Source: an uncultured Acidobacteriota bacterium (GTDB lineage Bacteria > Acidobacteriota > JAQAZP01). From it: a DNA stretch of 64,000 bases. A program made the position numbers and the translations under genes. Below, in pieces: positions 31,647-41,057 of this stretch; the first letter of the stretch is position 1; each line of letters opens with the position of its first letter. The stretch lies in contig CAWIIB010000009.1 of assembly GCA_963836075.1 (NCBI GenBank), forward strand, positions 2,144,001 to 2,208,000, written 5' to 3'. The notes beneath the pieces are model-generated. The model had not been told where the DNA came from. It worked only from the letters and a program-made list of their open reading frames with translations, and ran no database searches.

Positions 31647-33689
31647 ATGAAAGTGGCGCTGATCTATCCTCCATACTCGGCGGCCATCGCGCCACACCTC
31701 GCACTGCCCGCGCTCACCGCCTACCTTCGACGGGAAGGCCGGGAGGTGGTGCAGGCCGACGTCAACCTCTGGCTGCACCGCTGGCTGCTGACCCCCCGGG
31801 CACTGGAGCATCGTCAGGGGGAACTGGAGGAGGAGCGCCGCGGACTGGCCGCCGGGCCGGAGGACCGCCCCCGTGCGTTGAACCTCGAGGCCTGGATCCG
31901 GATCATCCCCCAGCTGGCTTCCCGGATCGAGGAGAGCGGGGAGGCCTTGCGCCGCCGGGAAACCTGGCGGATGGACCCGCAGAGCGGCCGGGGCGGCCAC
32001 GCGCCCCACGCCGGCCTGCTGAGAATCGCCGAGACCTTGCTGCTGCACGACCTGCCCCTGGACCGCTGGACCACCATGTCCGCCGATGAGCTGGTGCAGA
32101 CCGTCCGCCGGGGCAACCACCCCATGCTCACCCGGTTCGCCCGGGAACTGTTCACCCCCTGGCTGCGGCGGACGGCTCCGGACCTGGTGGGGTTCACCGT
32201 CCCCTTCCGCCAGCAGCTGTTCCCCGCGCTGACGCTGGCTGCCGCGGTGCGCCGCGAATCCCCGGAAACCACAATTGTCCTTGGCGGCCACCTGATGACC
32301 CAGCAGCTGGGAGACCCCCGGCGCCTGGCCGGTCTCTTCGACCTGGTGGACTATGCGGTGGTGCACGACGGTGAGGAGGCGCTGGCCGAGCTCTGCCGCC
32401 TGCTGGAACAGGGGAGTGATCCCGCCGGGGCCGGCAACCTGCTCTGGCGTGACGGCGGAGGCACGGTGCGGCAATCCTCCAGACGGGCCGAGCCGTCTCT
32501 CGACGACCTGCCGGTCCCCGATTTCCAGGGCCTGGAACTGGACGGCTACCTCAGCGGGGAGGTGATCTATCCCCTGGAAACCAGCCGGGGATGTTACTGG
32601 AACCGCTGCACCTACTGCAGCTACCACCGTGGTGAGGACGGCGCCTGGCGTCCCTTCCCCCTGGAAAGGGTGGCGGCAAACCTGGAGCAGCTCACCCACC
32701 GTCACGGAGCCGCCGCGATGATGGTGGTGGACGAGGCCGTGCCGCCACCCCGTGCCCGCAACCTGGCCGGGATCATCGGCGAGCAGGGCCTCGACCTGGC
32801 CTGGTATTTCATGGGGCGGCTGGAGAAAGGGTTCACCGCCGACCTCTGCAAACAGCTGGCCGGGGCCGGGCTCTACGGCATCTTCTTCGGCCTCGAATCG
32901 GGATGCGATGAGGTGCTGGAACGGATGGGCAAGGGGATCGATCTCCAGGCGGCCCGCGGGGTGCTGGACAATGTGGCCGGCGCCGGTCTGGCCGCGCACA
33001 TCTCCCTCATCGGCGGTTTCCCCGGAGAAACGGCGGAGCAGGCGGCGCAGACCCGCGACCTGGCCGTGGGGCTGGTGCGCGGCGTCCCCGGTTTCACCGC
33101 CAACGCCCACACCTTCCACCTCAACCGCAACTCGGAAGTCTTCGACAACCCGGCCCGGTTCGGTATTGCCGGGGGCCGGGGGGAGGATGGCACGACCCTG
33201 GCCATCCACTTCGAGGCTGAACCGCTGCCCGGTGCGGCAGGGGGCCGCCCGGGCGAGCTGGCCGGGCTGATCAATACCGGCCTGCGGCCGTTTACCCACC
33301 CGCAGATCCTCACCGAGGAGGAGGGGGTGAACTACTTCCTCAACCACGGGCGGCAGGAGTTCCTCCGCCGCTGGGTCCTGGGCACGGCGCCGCCCGCGGA
33401 CACCGGCCGCTTCCGGGCCACCGGTGATGTTTTGCTGGGGCCCCCGGACCAGCACAGCCCCTCGGCCAGCGTGACCCTCTGCCACCTGGTGCGCGGTGTC
33501 CTGGTGGGCGCCCCGGCGGTGGCCGGCCGGGTCCTGGCCCTGTTCCCCGGCGGCCCGGCAGGTGAGACCGCCCTCGACGCCGAAGAGACCTGGGAGCGGT
33601 TGGGCCGGCCCGCCGGCCTGCCGGTCCAGGCGGTGCGTGACATCCTGGCCAAACTCTGTGAGTTCGGCGCCCTGGAAGCAGCGGAATAG
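31647..33689 (+). CDS. B12-binding radical SAM protein with C-terminal RRE/PqqD-like extension
   Basis: PHLALPALTAYL, IVLGG, DGEEAL, SRGCYWNRCTYC (CX4CX2C), FGLESG, GFPGET; GGAGG RBS. Confidence 0.85.
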   Translation: MKVALIYPPYSAAIAPHLALPALTAYLRREGREVVQADVNLWLHRWLLTPRALEHRQGELEEERRGLAAGPEDRPRALNLEAWIRIIPQLASRIEESGEALRRRETWRMDPQSGRGGHAPHAGLLRIAETLLLHDLPLDRWTTMSADELVQTVRRGNHPMLTRFARELFTPWLRRTAPDLVGFTVPFRQQLFPALTLAAAVRRESPETTIVLGGHLMTQQLGDPRRLAGLFDLVDYAVVHDGEEALAELCRLLEQGSDPAGAGNLLWRDGGGTVRQSSRRAEPSLDDLPVPDFQGLELDGYLSGEVIYPLETSRGCYWNRCTYCSYHRGEDGAWRPFPLERVAANLEQLTHRHGAAAMMVVDEAVPPPRARNLAGIIGEQGLDLAWYFMGRLEKGFTADLCKQLAGAGLYGIFFGLESGCDEVLERMGKGIDLQAARGVLDNVAGAGLAAHISLIGGFPGETAEQAAQTRDLAVGLVRGVPGFTANAHTFHLNRNSEVFDNPARFGIAGGRGEDGTTLAIHFEAEPLPGAAGGRPGELAGLINTGLRPFTHPQILTEEEGVNYFLNHGRQEFLRRWVLGTAPPADTGRFRATGDVLLGPPDQHSPSASVTLCHLVRGVLVGAPAVAGRVLALFPGGPAGETALDAEETWERLGRPAGLPVQAVRDILAKLCEFGALEAAE

Positions 33690-33693
33690 GGGG

Positions 33694-33774
33694 CAGAGGA
33701 CCTGAGGTGTTGCATCCGAGCGACGTTGGAGCGCTTCGCGACCGGAGCTCTGATGCAACACCTCAGGTCCTCTG
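33694..33774. repeat. Perfect 23-bp inverted repeat (REPIN/MITE-like or bidirectional terminator)
   Basis: CAGAGGACCTGAGGTGTTGCATC (33694-33716) and its exact reverse complement (33752-33774) lie between convergent genes. Confidence 0.85.
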
Positions 33775-33777
33775 TTT

Positions 33778-36700
33778 TCAGGGAATCAGGCACTCCACCT
33801 CGCAGGTATCCACGGCGGTGTCGCCCGAGGCGGGGTAGTCCGGCGGCTGGTTGTAGGGATACTCGGTGATGTCGTAGGCCGAGACCCGAAAGGTGTTGAC
33901 CCCCACCACCAGCGGGTGGCTGGGGAAAATCCGGCTGATTCCCCAGGGGTAGGTCTGGCCGGGGGCCAGCACCTTCCTGCCTGAGGTCAGGTTGGCCATG
34001 TAGTAGCCGCCGGACAACTGCAGATCGAGCGTGGCGGCCACCCGGCGCACACGGGAGCTGTCGTTGTGGATCAGCGCCTCTATCGAGACGGTGAAGGGCA
34101 GGGTCGCGCTCACCGGGGCACAGGCCATGTCCATGCTGATCGTCTCGTCAGGGCTGATCCAGGAATGGCAGTGCACGCCCTCCACTTCCAGGTCGTCGAT
34201 CAGCCACCCCGATTCGGACGGTGTCCAGCTCTCGTCACAGCCCAGCCGGTAGCGGAGGACCGCGTCGAAGCCGGCAAAGTCGCTGAGGTCCACGTCCACC
34301 CGGGTCGGCGTGGGCCCGGTGGTGCCCGACCAGGCCCTGCGGCCGCCGATGGGGTTGCCCGAGAGATCGGAAAGTTCGTGGGTGTAGCCGCCGTAAGTGA
34401 TCCGGGAGTCGAGGTCGGTCCAGCTGGTGCCCCCGTCGGTGGAGAGTTCCAGCACGCCGCCGTCAACCCCCGCCTCCAGCACCACCTGGTGGCGGAAGCT
34501 GAGCGAGGCGTTGTCGGTCAAGGCGATGGACGGCGTTTTCAGCCAGTTGTCCTTCACGCCGTCCTCGCCCGGTGTGAACCAGGCGTCCGGCGGGCCAACA
34601 GCGCCGATGGACCAGTCCACAGCCCCCTGGTCCAGACCGCTGGTCCAGTCCCCCGGACCATGGGACATGTCGTCGGCGAAGACCACTTCCCGGCCGCCCA
34701 CCAGCAGGTGGAAGCCGGTGCTGGTCAGCCCCTCGGCAGCGCTGACTTCCAGGGTAAAGGGGACCTCTGTCCCGCAGGGGATCGATTCGTCCAGGGCCAT
34801 GCGGAAGTGCGGGCTGTAGCTGGTGCCCACGGTGCCGGCGGCGATATTGGGGAAGCTGCTGTCCGCGGCCCGGATCTCCACCAGAGGATGGGTGGTGGTC
34901 AAGTGGGCGGTGACCTGGCTGGCATAGACCAGGCCGATGTTCCGCAGGGATACCCGCAGCTCGAACAGTTCCCCCGGGTCGGCGATGTAGTCGCGGTTCC
35001 CGCCCCCCGGCAGGTTGTCCAGCACCTGGTGGCTGTAGTGGGTGATGTGGGCGCCGTTGATTTCGATAAAGAACCCCGATTCCCATACGGAAGTTCCGTC
35101 GGAGGCGCTCACCGTGAAGCGCAGCAGTTCGCCGTCCGGGCAGTCAGGCAGGACCCGGATGGTGAGCGGCTGGAGGTTGACCGCGGTCTCGCCGGGTTCG
35201 ATTGGCGGATAGGCCGACTGGTTTGCCAGCACCTCCACCTGGCCGCTACTGCTGGACAGGGTCGCCGTCACCCCTATGGCCGGTGCGTTGCCGAAGTTGC
35301 GCAGGGCCAGCTGAATGTCCACCGTTTCGCCGGGGCTCACCAGGCCGTCCCCATTGCCCCCGGCCGGAGTGTCGTCCACCTGGTGTGCCTGGTAGAGCAC
35401 CCAGGGGCCGTCCGGGGGAACCACCTCAACCAGGCCGTCGAGGAACGGCAGCTGGTCGTGGCGGGTGACGCAGACCGTCAACTGGCCCGGTTCGCCCAGC
35501 GGCTCGGCAAATTGAACCGTGGTCTGGCCTCCCGAAGAGATGGCCCGGCCGAGGAGCACACCGTCCCGGGCCACGGCCACCAGTGCCTGGTCCAGGTTGA
35601 CGTTGACCGTGAGTCCGGTGTCGCCGATGAAGGCCTGCTGGTTGTGGGAGACCACCAGATCGTCTGCCGGGGTGCCGGTCCAGATCTCCATGCTCGGGTC
35701 GCCGAAGTAGTGGTAGACCTCGAACTGGATCCGGTTACGCGTCTCGGTGGGCCACCATTCCTCATTGTCCGGATATCCCGCCCCGTTGGTGACGATATAG
35801 TTGTCATACATCCAGTATTTGCCGAAGGTGAGCACCGCACCCATCTGGTAGAGTGGAGAGGGCAACGGGTTCGACGAACTCCCGTGGGGATAGAAGGGAG
35901 CGAATTGATCCCAGATGGCATCGATAAACCCCTTGATCAACTCGTCGTTGTATCCGGAATAGCTGGTGCGGGTGTCGCCGATTACGCCCACCACGCCGCC
36001 CGCATCGCTGCGCAGCAGCTCTTCGCAAAGCGACTCGTAGGCGAATCCCGGGTGTCCGTCGGTTTCGCCGTCAAACCATCCGCTGCGGCAGTTGACACTG
36101 AGCATCACCGGCAGACGGGAACCGTTGGTCAGATCGGGGATGTGAACCTCGGTGAATTCAGGCTTGATCCAGCCGGAATGAGGGTCGCCCCAGTTAAGAT
36201 CCTGGCCATGGCCCCGGTGGGTGACCAGGAACACGCCTTGATCGTTGATCGCCTGGAGCACCCCTTCGGTGCTTCCGGGAAGCGACCCACCCGCATACTG
36301 GCGGTTGCAGGCATAGCCCGCCGTGGCCAGGTATTCGTGGATCGCTTCGGATGTCCGGATGTAGAACCGGCGGGGGTCATTCTGGGCAGCGATAAGCACC
36401 GAATCGAGCCAGCTGTCACCCGTATACGGTGCCTGTTCGTAGGTCAGGATCTTGTCCACCACCACGGCCGCCTGCTCCACCGTGTCCACCGGGATCCGGC
36501 CGAGGAACAGGTCCGGGAAGTAGTCCTCTTCACCGGAGACCACGTCCAGCACCCCGTAGTAGAGGTCGGTTCCCACCAGCAGCTCGTCGTCCTCGTGGAA
36601 GGTGCGGTAGTGACAGGGCACCGAATCGGTCGCGCCCACGTCACCGAAGAAGAGCAGGTGGCTCAGTTCCTGCCAGTCCGACTGGTAGCGCTGTTCGATC

Positions 36701-37563
36701 CAGGCGGTGATCTCCTCGGCCGTGGTGCCGGTCTCGGCGGTGGTGCGCACCAGGGTGGGGATGCCCCGCCGGTTTTTCCAGTGGGCCAGGCGGAGGGCCT
36801 CGTCAAGGAACACCGCCGGGGTGATGATCAGCATTTCGCACGGCGGCAGTTGCCCGGTGCCCACCGGCGGCCGTCCCAGGGAATCGGCGTTGAGCAGCAG
36901 GGCGCGGAAGAATCTCTCGAAGGCCGGGGTGCGGTGCCGCGGGTCGATGAGGCCGCCATGGCCCCCCCGGAAGAGCAGGCGGACCCGCATCTGCGGGGTG
37001 TAGAGCAGCGATTGATCGACCGGATCGTAGCGCACCGGGTACATTTTGAGCAGGGCCACCCGGCAGCCGCGGATATCCCGCGGCTGTTCCACCTCCACCC
37101 TCCGGGCCGGGAAAATTGCCCGGCTTCCATCCACCGCCGGGTCCGGGGCCCGGAGGTCGATGCCGGGGGACCGGTAGGCCACGGGCCGCAGGCCGGGAAC
37201 CCGGGCTTCCGCCCCGCCGAGGACCTGCACTTCCACGACGGCCCCGTGGGGAACGGCGACATACCGTGCCACGGCCGGCAGTTCCGGACGCCCCTCCTCG
37301 GCCAGTCGGCCGGCCCCGGGGACCAGCAGCCGGTGAAAGGTGTCCTGGCCCAGGGTGACCGGCTGGGGGGCCATCCCGTTGAGCTCCAGGTCCACCACCA
37401 GCCCACCGGACCACTGCTCCACCACTTCCAGGCGCAGCGGCGCCGGATCAGCGATGACCGGGCCGCCGGCCGCGTGGAGTTGCCGCGTCAGAGATGCGAA
37501 GACGAGGAGGATTGTCAGGACCGGAAAGATGAAAAAAAAGTTTTTTCCTCGAAGCGCAAACAT
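33778..37563 (-). CDS. Secreted gingipain-like C25 cysteine peptidase with propeptide and C-terminal beta-sandwich domains
   Basis: Signal peptide, propeptide GRPELP, LLFFGD, FLGRIP, catalytic-like HRGHG and VNCRSGWF, YHYFGDPSM, two NGDG..PGE-type repeats, DGGVLELSTDGGTSW...GWLIDD domain. Confidence 0.88.
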   Translation of the reverse strand: MFALRGKNFFFIFPVLTILLVFASLTRQLHAAGGPVIADPAPLRLEVVEQWSGGLVVDLELNGMAPQPVTLGQDTFHRLLVPGAGRLAEEGRPELPAVARYVAVPHGAVVEVQVLGGAEARVPGLRPVAYRSPGIDLRAPDPAVDGSRAIFPARRVEVEQPRDIRGCRVALLKMYPVRYDPVDQSLLYTPQMRVRLLFRGGHGGLIDPRHRTPAFERFFRALLLNADSLGRPPVGTGQLPPCEMLIITPAVFLDEALRLAHWKNRRGIPTLVRTTAETGTTAEEITAWIEQRYQSDWQELSHLLFFGDVGATDSVPCHYRTFHEDDELLVGTDLYYGVLDVVSGEEDYFPDLFLGRIPVDTVEQAAVVVDKILTYEQAPYTGDSWLDSVLIAAQNDPRRFYIRTSEAIHEYLATAGYACNRQYAGGSLPGSTEGVLQAINDQGVFLVTHRGHGQDLNWGDPHSGWIKPEFTEVHIPDLTNGSRLPVMLSVNCRSGWFDGETDGHPGFAYESLCEELLRSDAGGVVGVIGDTRTSYSGYNDELIKGFIDAIWDQFAPFYPHGSSSNPLPSPLYQMGAVLTFGKYWMYDNYIVTNGAGYPDNEEWWPTETRNRIQFEVYHYFGDPSMEIWTGTPADDLVVSHNQQAFIGDTGLTVNVNLDQALVAVARDGVLLGRAISSGGQTTVQFAEPLGEPGQLTVCVTRHDQLPFLDGLVEVVPPDGPWVLYQAHQVDDTPAGGNGDGLVSPGETVDIQLALRNFGNAPAIGVTATLSSSSGQVEVLANQSAYPPIEPGETAVNLQPLTIRVLPDCPDGELLRFTVSASDGTSVWESGFFIEINGAHITHYSHQVLDNLPGGGNRDYIADPGELFELRVSLRNIGLVYASQVTAHLTTTHPLVEIRAADSSFPNIAAGTVGTSYSPHFRMALDESIPCGTEVPFTLEVSAAEGLTSTGFHLLVGGREVVFADDMSHGPGDWTSGLDQGAVDWSIGAVGPPDAWFTPGEDGVKDNWLKTPSIALTDNASLSFRHQVVLEAGVDGGVLELSTDGGTSWTDLDSRITYGGYTHELSDLSGNPIGGRRAWSGTTGPTPTRVDVDLSDFAGFDAVLRYRLGCDESWTPSESGWLIDDLEVEGVHCHSWISPDETISMDMACAPVSATLPFTVSIEALIHNDSSRVRRVAATLDLQLSGGYYMANLTSGRKVLAPGQTYPWGISRIFPSHPLVVGVNTFRVSAYDITEYPYNQPPDYPASGDTAVDTCEVECLIP

Positions 37564-37761
37564 GGTAAAAAGGACTCCTGTCCCCGGTGGTTCCGGCCAG
37601 CTGGTCACACTTCTGGCGGTTCGATTGCGGCGCCACCGGAAAAAGTGCTGCGAGGTCGCCGGTGCCGCCGGAGTTGCGGGCACGTCAAAACGTGCGATTA
37701 CTGAAGATGTAAAGGGTTTTGAGCTGTCTGTCAACAGAAATGTTGAAAAGAGCGGATTGAT

Positions 37762-37790
37762 TTGACAGTTCAATTTTCAATAACTACATT
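37762..37790 (+). promoter_or_regulatory. Sigma70-type promoter upstream of the sugar transferase-PilZ gene
   Basis: TTGACA-N17-TACATT in an AT-rich divergent intergenic region; TCAACA-N4-TGTTGA palindrome at 37731-37746. Confidence 0.6.
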
Positions 37791-37903
37791 GTCAGTACGA
37801 TTTTCTTTCCCAATTCAAGGTTCCGCCCTGCTCACCCGATATGAGATATGAGTTGAGAAGGGTGCAGTGACGGCGGTGACCGATATGTGTCAGGGGCGCA
37901 GGT

Positions 37904-39070
37904 ATGAGCGAACAACAGGGATGTGCGGCAGCGGCCATGGCGGCCGTGAAAGATCTTCCTGCCCCTCACGCTGCACCCGACATCCCGCCCACCGAAACTG
38001 AGTTTCCCTCTGCGCACGGCGAAGACCAATCTCCCCGGGAATTCGGCTGGTTCATGGAGGCCTTCCACCGGGTTACCGGCCTGTTTCTCTTCCTGGTTAC
38101 TCTCCCGGTCTACCCGCTGATCTGGCTGCTGATCAAGGCCGATGACGGCGGCCCCCTGTTCTACCGCGGAGAACGGCTGGGCAAGGGCAAGCGGCGGTTC
38201 ACAATTACCAAGTTCCGCACACTTCGCGAAAACTCGGAAGAGAAACTCAGCGGCCGGCTGCTGCCGATGGTCAACGGTTTCGAGACCCGCATCGGCCGTT
38301 TTCTCCGGGAAACGAGGATTGACGAGATCCCGCAGTTCTGGAACGTGGTCCGGGGCGATATGCACCTGGTGGGGCCCCGCCCGGTACGCGAATCGGTCTA
38401 CCGCGGGCTCTGTTCCTCGATCAACGGTTTTGACCGCCTGTTCATGGTCAAGCCGGGGATGACCGGTTTTGCCCAGTTCTACACGCCCTACCACACCGAC
38501 AAGCGGATCCGGTTGAGGCTGAACAATATCTATCTGGCGAGGAAATCGGTGTGGCTCGATGCCGCGCTGCTCTCTTCCACCATCTTCGTGGCCGTGCGCG
38601 GTGTGGGACGCCAGTTCCTTCGCCGGTTGAGCGGTGGCCGGCTGGCCGAGTGGAAGCGCGCCGGCGGCGTGGATGACAACCGCCGGGCACTGACCCGCAA
38701 GCCGGTGTGCGGCGATGCCTGGATCTCCTACAGCCTTGGCGAGAACGGCCGGAGCCGGACGGTGAGACGGCGGGGCCAGTTGATCGATGTCAACGAGCGG
38801 GCCGTCGCCTTGCTGACCCGCCGAGCCGTGCCTTCCGAGGCGGGTGAGATGCTGCTGGTGCTGCGGATCTCCCTGCGCCGGGGGCGGGGCCGCAAATACA
38901 AGGTTGCGCGCTGCCGCGGCCGGGTGATCCGCCGGGTGGTTCACGGCGCCGCAGGTCCCCACTCCGACAGCCGCGACTGCTTGAGCGTCATCCGCTTCAC
39001 CCCGGCCAGCGATCTGGACTACTACAAGATCGAGAAATACTTCCTCTGCCGCTCCGTGGCCGACCGTTAG
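37904..39070 (+). CDS. Small phosphoglycosyl transferase (Bac_transf) fused to a C-terminal PilZ-like domain
   Basis: [42 protein letters not shown], then RRALTR...IDVNERAV and a beta-rich tail. Confidence 0.8.
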   Translation: MSEQQGCAAAAMAAVKDLPAPHAAPDIPPTETEFPSAHGEDQSPREFGWFMEAFHRVTGLFLFLVTLPVYPLIWLLIKADDGGPLFYRGERLGKGKRRFTITKFRTLRENSEEKLSGRLLPMVNGFETRIGRFLRETRIDEIPQFWNVVRGDMHLVGPRPVRESVYRGLCSSINGFDRLFMVKPGMTGFAQFYTPYHTDKRIRLRLNNIYLARKSVWLDAALLSSTIFVAVRGVGRQFLRRLSGGRLAEWKRAGGVDDNRRALTRKPVCGDAWISYSLGENGRSRTVRRRGQLIDVNERAVALLTRRAVPSEAGEMLLVLRISLRRGRGRKYKVARCRGRVIRRVVHGAAGPHSDSRDCLSVIRFTPASDLDYYKIEKYFLCRSVADR

Positions 39071-39177
39071 GCCGCGCCCATCCCCGTTTAACCATCTTCT
39101 TCCGTGCGTCAGGCCGTTCGTGTATCATCGGCTTTTTGAATTGGACATTCTGCCCGACCGGCGCCACGGAGACCGAC

Positions 39178-40971
39178 ATGGGGAGCAGCACATCCGCTAT
39201 GCAGAGAAGTGCCGCGCTGCTGCTGGCGATCAGCCTTCTTGCCGGGTGGTTGGCGCCCCTGGTGCTGGCCGCCTGGATCGGTCCGGTGCCTCTGCTGGAA
39301 CCCACCGAGGCCCGTTACGCCGGAATTGCCCGCCAGATGCTCGTCTCCGGCGACTGGATCACCCCGCGCATCAACGGTCACAAACACCTGCACAAACCGC
39401 CGCTGACCTACTGGCTCACCGCCGTCTCGATGAAGCTTTTCGGGGTCAACGAATGGGGGGCGCGGCTGCCCATGTTCCTCTCTTCGCTGGCCGTGGTGGC
39501 CCTGACCTTTGTCCTGGCTCGCTCCATTTTCGGCCGCACCCCGGCGCTGCTCTCCGCTGCGGCCCTCTCCTCGTTCATCGGTTTCCTGGTTCTGTCGCGG
39601 ATGCTGGCCACCGACGCCTACCTGCTGTTCTTTGTCACCGCCGCCCTCTGCTGCGCCTGGCAGGCGCTGCTGGGGCGGTCGCCGAAATGGATCCTCGGCT
39701 TCTGGTTCTGGGTCGGCCTGGGGCTGTTGACCAAGGGGCCGCTGGGGTTGCTGCTGCCCCTGGTGCCGTCGGTGGCCGCCGGCTTTTTTCTCCGCCGCCG
39801 GGCATCCTTCCGCGGCGACGCGCTGCGCCTGCGCTGGCCCTGGCACCTGGCCGGAGTGGCGGTGGCCGCCCTCATCGCCGTGCCCTGGTATGTGGCCGTC
39901 TGCCGCATCACGCCGGCGGCGGTGCCCTACCTGCTGGGCAAGGCGGTGGGACCGGTGGTTTCGGCCCGGGGCATGCACGGCGGGTCACCGGTGTTCTACC
40001 TGCTGGTTCTGCTGGGCGGCCTGTTCCCCTGGTCCCTGTTGCTGCCCCAGGCCTTTGCCCGGTTGTTCAGCCCGGCTCGCGGCGGGTGGTCGGCTCCGCA
40101 TTCCGGAGAGACTGGCGGCGGACGGGAGCGGCTGCGAGCGGCGGCCCTGTTCCTCACCACCGCTTCGCTGGGCTGGATCGGGTTTTTTTCGGTGATCCCG
40201 GCCAAACTGCCGGCCTACATCCTGCCCTGCTTTGTGCCGCTGGCCATCGTGCTGGGGCCGGTGCTGGCCGATTTTCTCGGCGGCGGCCGCCGGGGAATAA
40301 CCGGCCTGCACGCCTCCCTCGCCCTGCTGGCCCTCTCCACCCTCGGGCTGAGCTACTGGCTGCAGGCTAGCGGAGCGTCCCACATACTGGAACTGGCCCG
40401 GGGACACCTCGGCCCCATCGCCATCGCCGGTGCGCTGCTCAGCGTCGGCGGCTTGCTGGCCCTCTCGTTCCGCCGGCCGGCGGTCACCCTGCTCTGCCTC
40501 CTGCTGGCTCCGGCCTCGATCTATACCGTCGCCGCCCACGCCCTGGCCACCACGCCGGGCACCGAGAACTGCCCCCGGGCCCTGGTGGCCGCGGCCCTGG
40601 AGGAGTCGCCGCACGCCAGGGACATCATCTGCCTGCGGGTCTACCTGCACAGCCTCTCCTTTTACACCCGGCGCCGGGTGGTGCTGGTGGACTATCCCAT
40701 GGATATCCAGCTGGAGGATGGATATGCCGACCCGCCTGCCCGGTTCCCGCCGGCCGTGCGCAACTTCTATCACAGCGGTGAGTTTCAGGTCCGGAGGTTG
40801 CTCCACCACTGGAGACGGAGCATCTGGGTCACCCGTGAGGAGCACATGCCCTTCGTGCGGCGCCTGAAGGACGATGTGGTGGAAATCCGGCGGCTGGACG
40901 GGCTGGTCCTTTTCGCCAACCGCCCCCGGGATGGAGAACCGGCTCCCCCGGTGGCGCCGGGCCCACGTTGA
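39178..40971 (+). CDS. ArnT-family (GT83/GT-C) lipid-carrier-dependent glycosyltransferase
   Basis: PTEARYAGIARQM..GDWITP, KPPLTYW, WGARLP, LTKGPLG, KLPAYILP. Confidence 0.9.
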   Translation: MGSSTSAMQRSAALLLAISLLAGWLAPLVLAAWIGPVPLLEPTEARYAGIARQMLVSGDWITPRINGHKHLHKPPLTYWLTAVSMKLFGVNEWGARLPMFLSSLAVVALTFVLARSIFGRTPALLSAAALSSFIGFLVLSRMLATDAYLLFFVTAALCCAWQALLGRSPKWILGFWFWVGLGLLTKGPLGLLLPLVPSVAAGFFLRRRASFRGDALRLRWPWHLAGVAVAALIAVPWYVAVCRITPAAVPYLLGKAVGPVVSARGMHGGSPVFYLLVLLGGLFPWSLLLPQAFARLFSPARGGWSAPHSGETGGGRERLRAAALFLTTASLGWIGFFSVIPAKLPAYILPCFVPLAIVLGPVLADFLGGGRRGITGLHASLALLALSTLGLSYWLQASGASHILELARGHLGPIAIAGALLSVGGLLALSFRRPAVTLLCLLLAPASIYTVAAHALATTPGTENCPRALVAAALEESPHARDIICLRVYLHSLSFYTRRRVVLVDYPMDIQLEDGYADPPARFPPAVRNFYHSGEFQVRRLLHHWRRSIWVTREEHMPFVRRLKDDVVEIRRLDGLVLFANRPRDGEPAPPVAPGPR

Positions 40972-41057
40972 CAGACCGGGGGAGGCCGATTACATTGAAC
41001 GCCTGGCCGGGCGGAGCGCCCGCCCCTGATCAATCACCCACAGTTGGAGATCCGCCG

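Noticed and set aside
34066-37704. 1212-aa ORF antisense to the C25 peptidase (likewise 11721-14105, 18699-20591, 20729-22540, 22652-24577, 28388-30259, 31545-33761)
   Set aside because: Shadow ORFs expected in high-GC DNA; they have no motifs and lie opposite well-supported genes.
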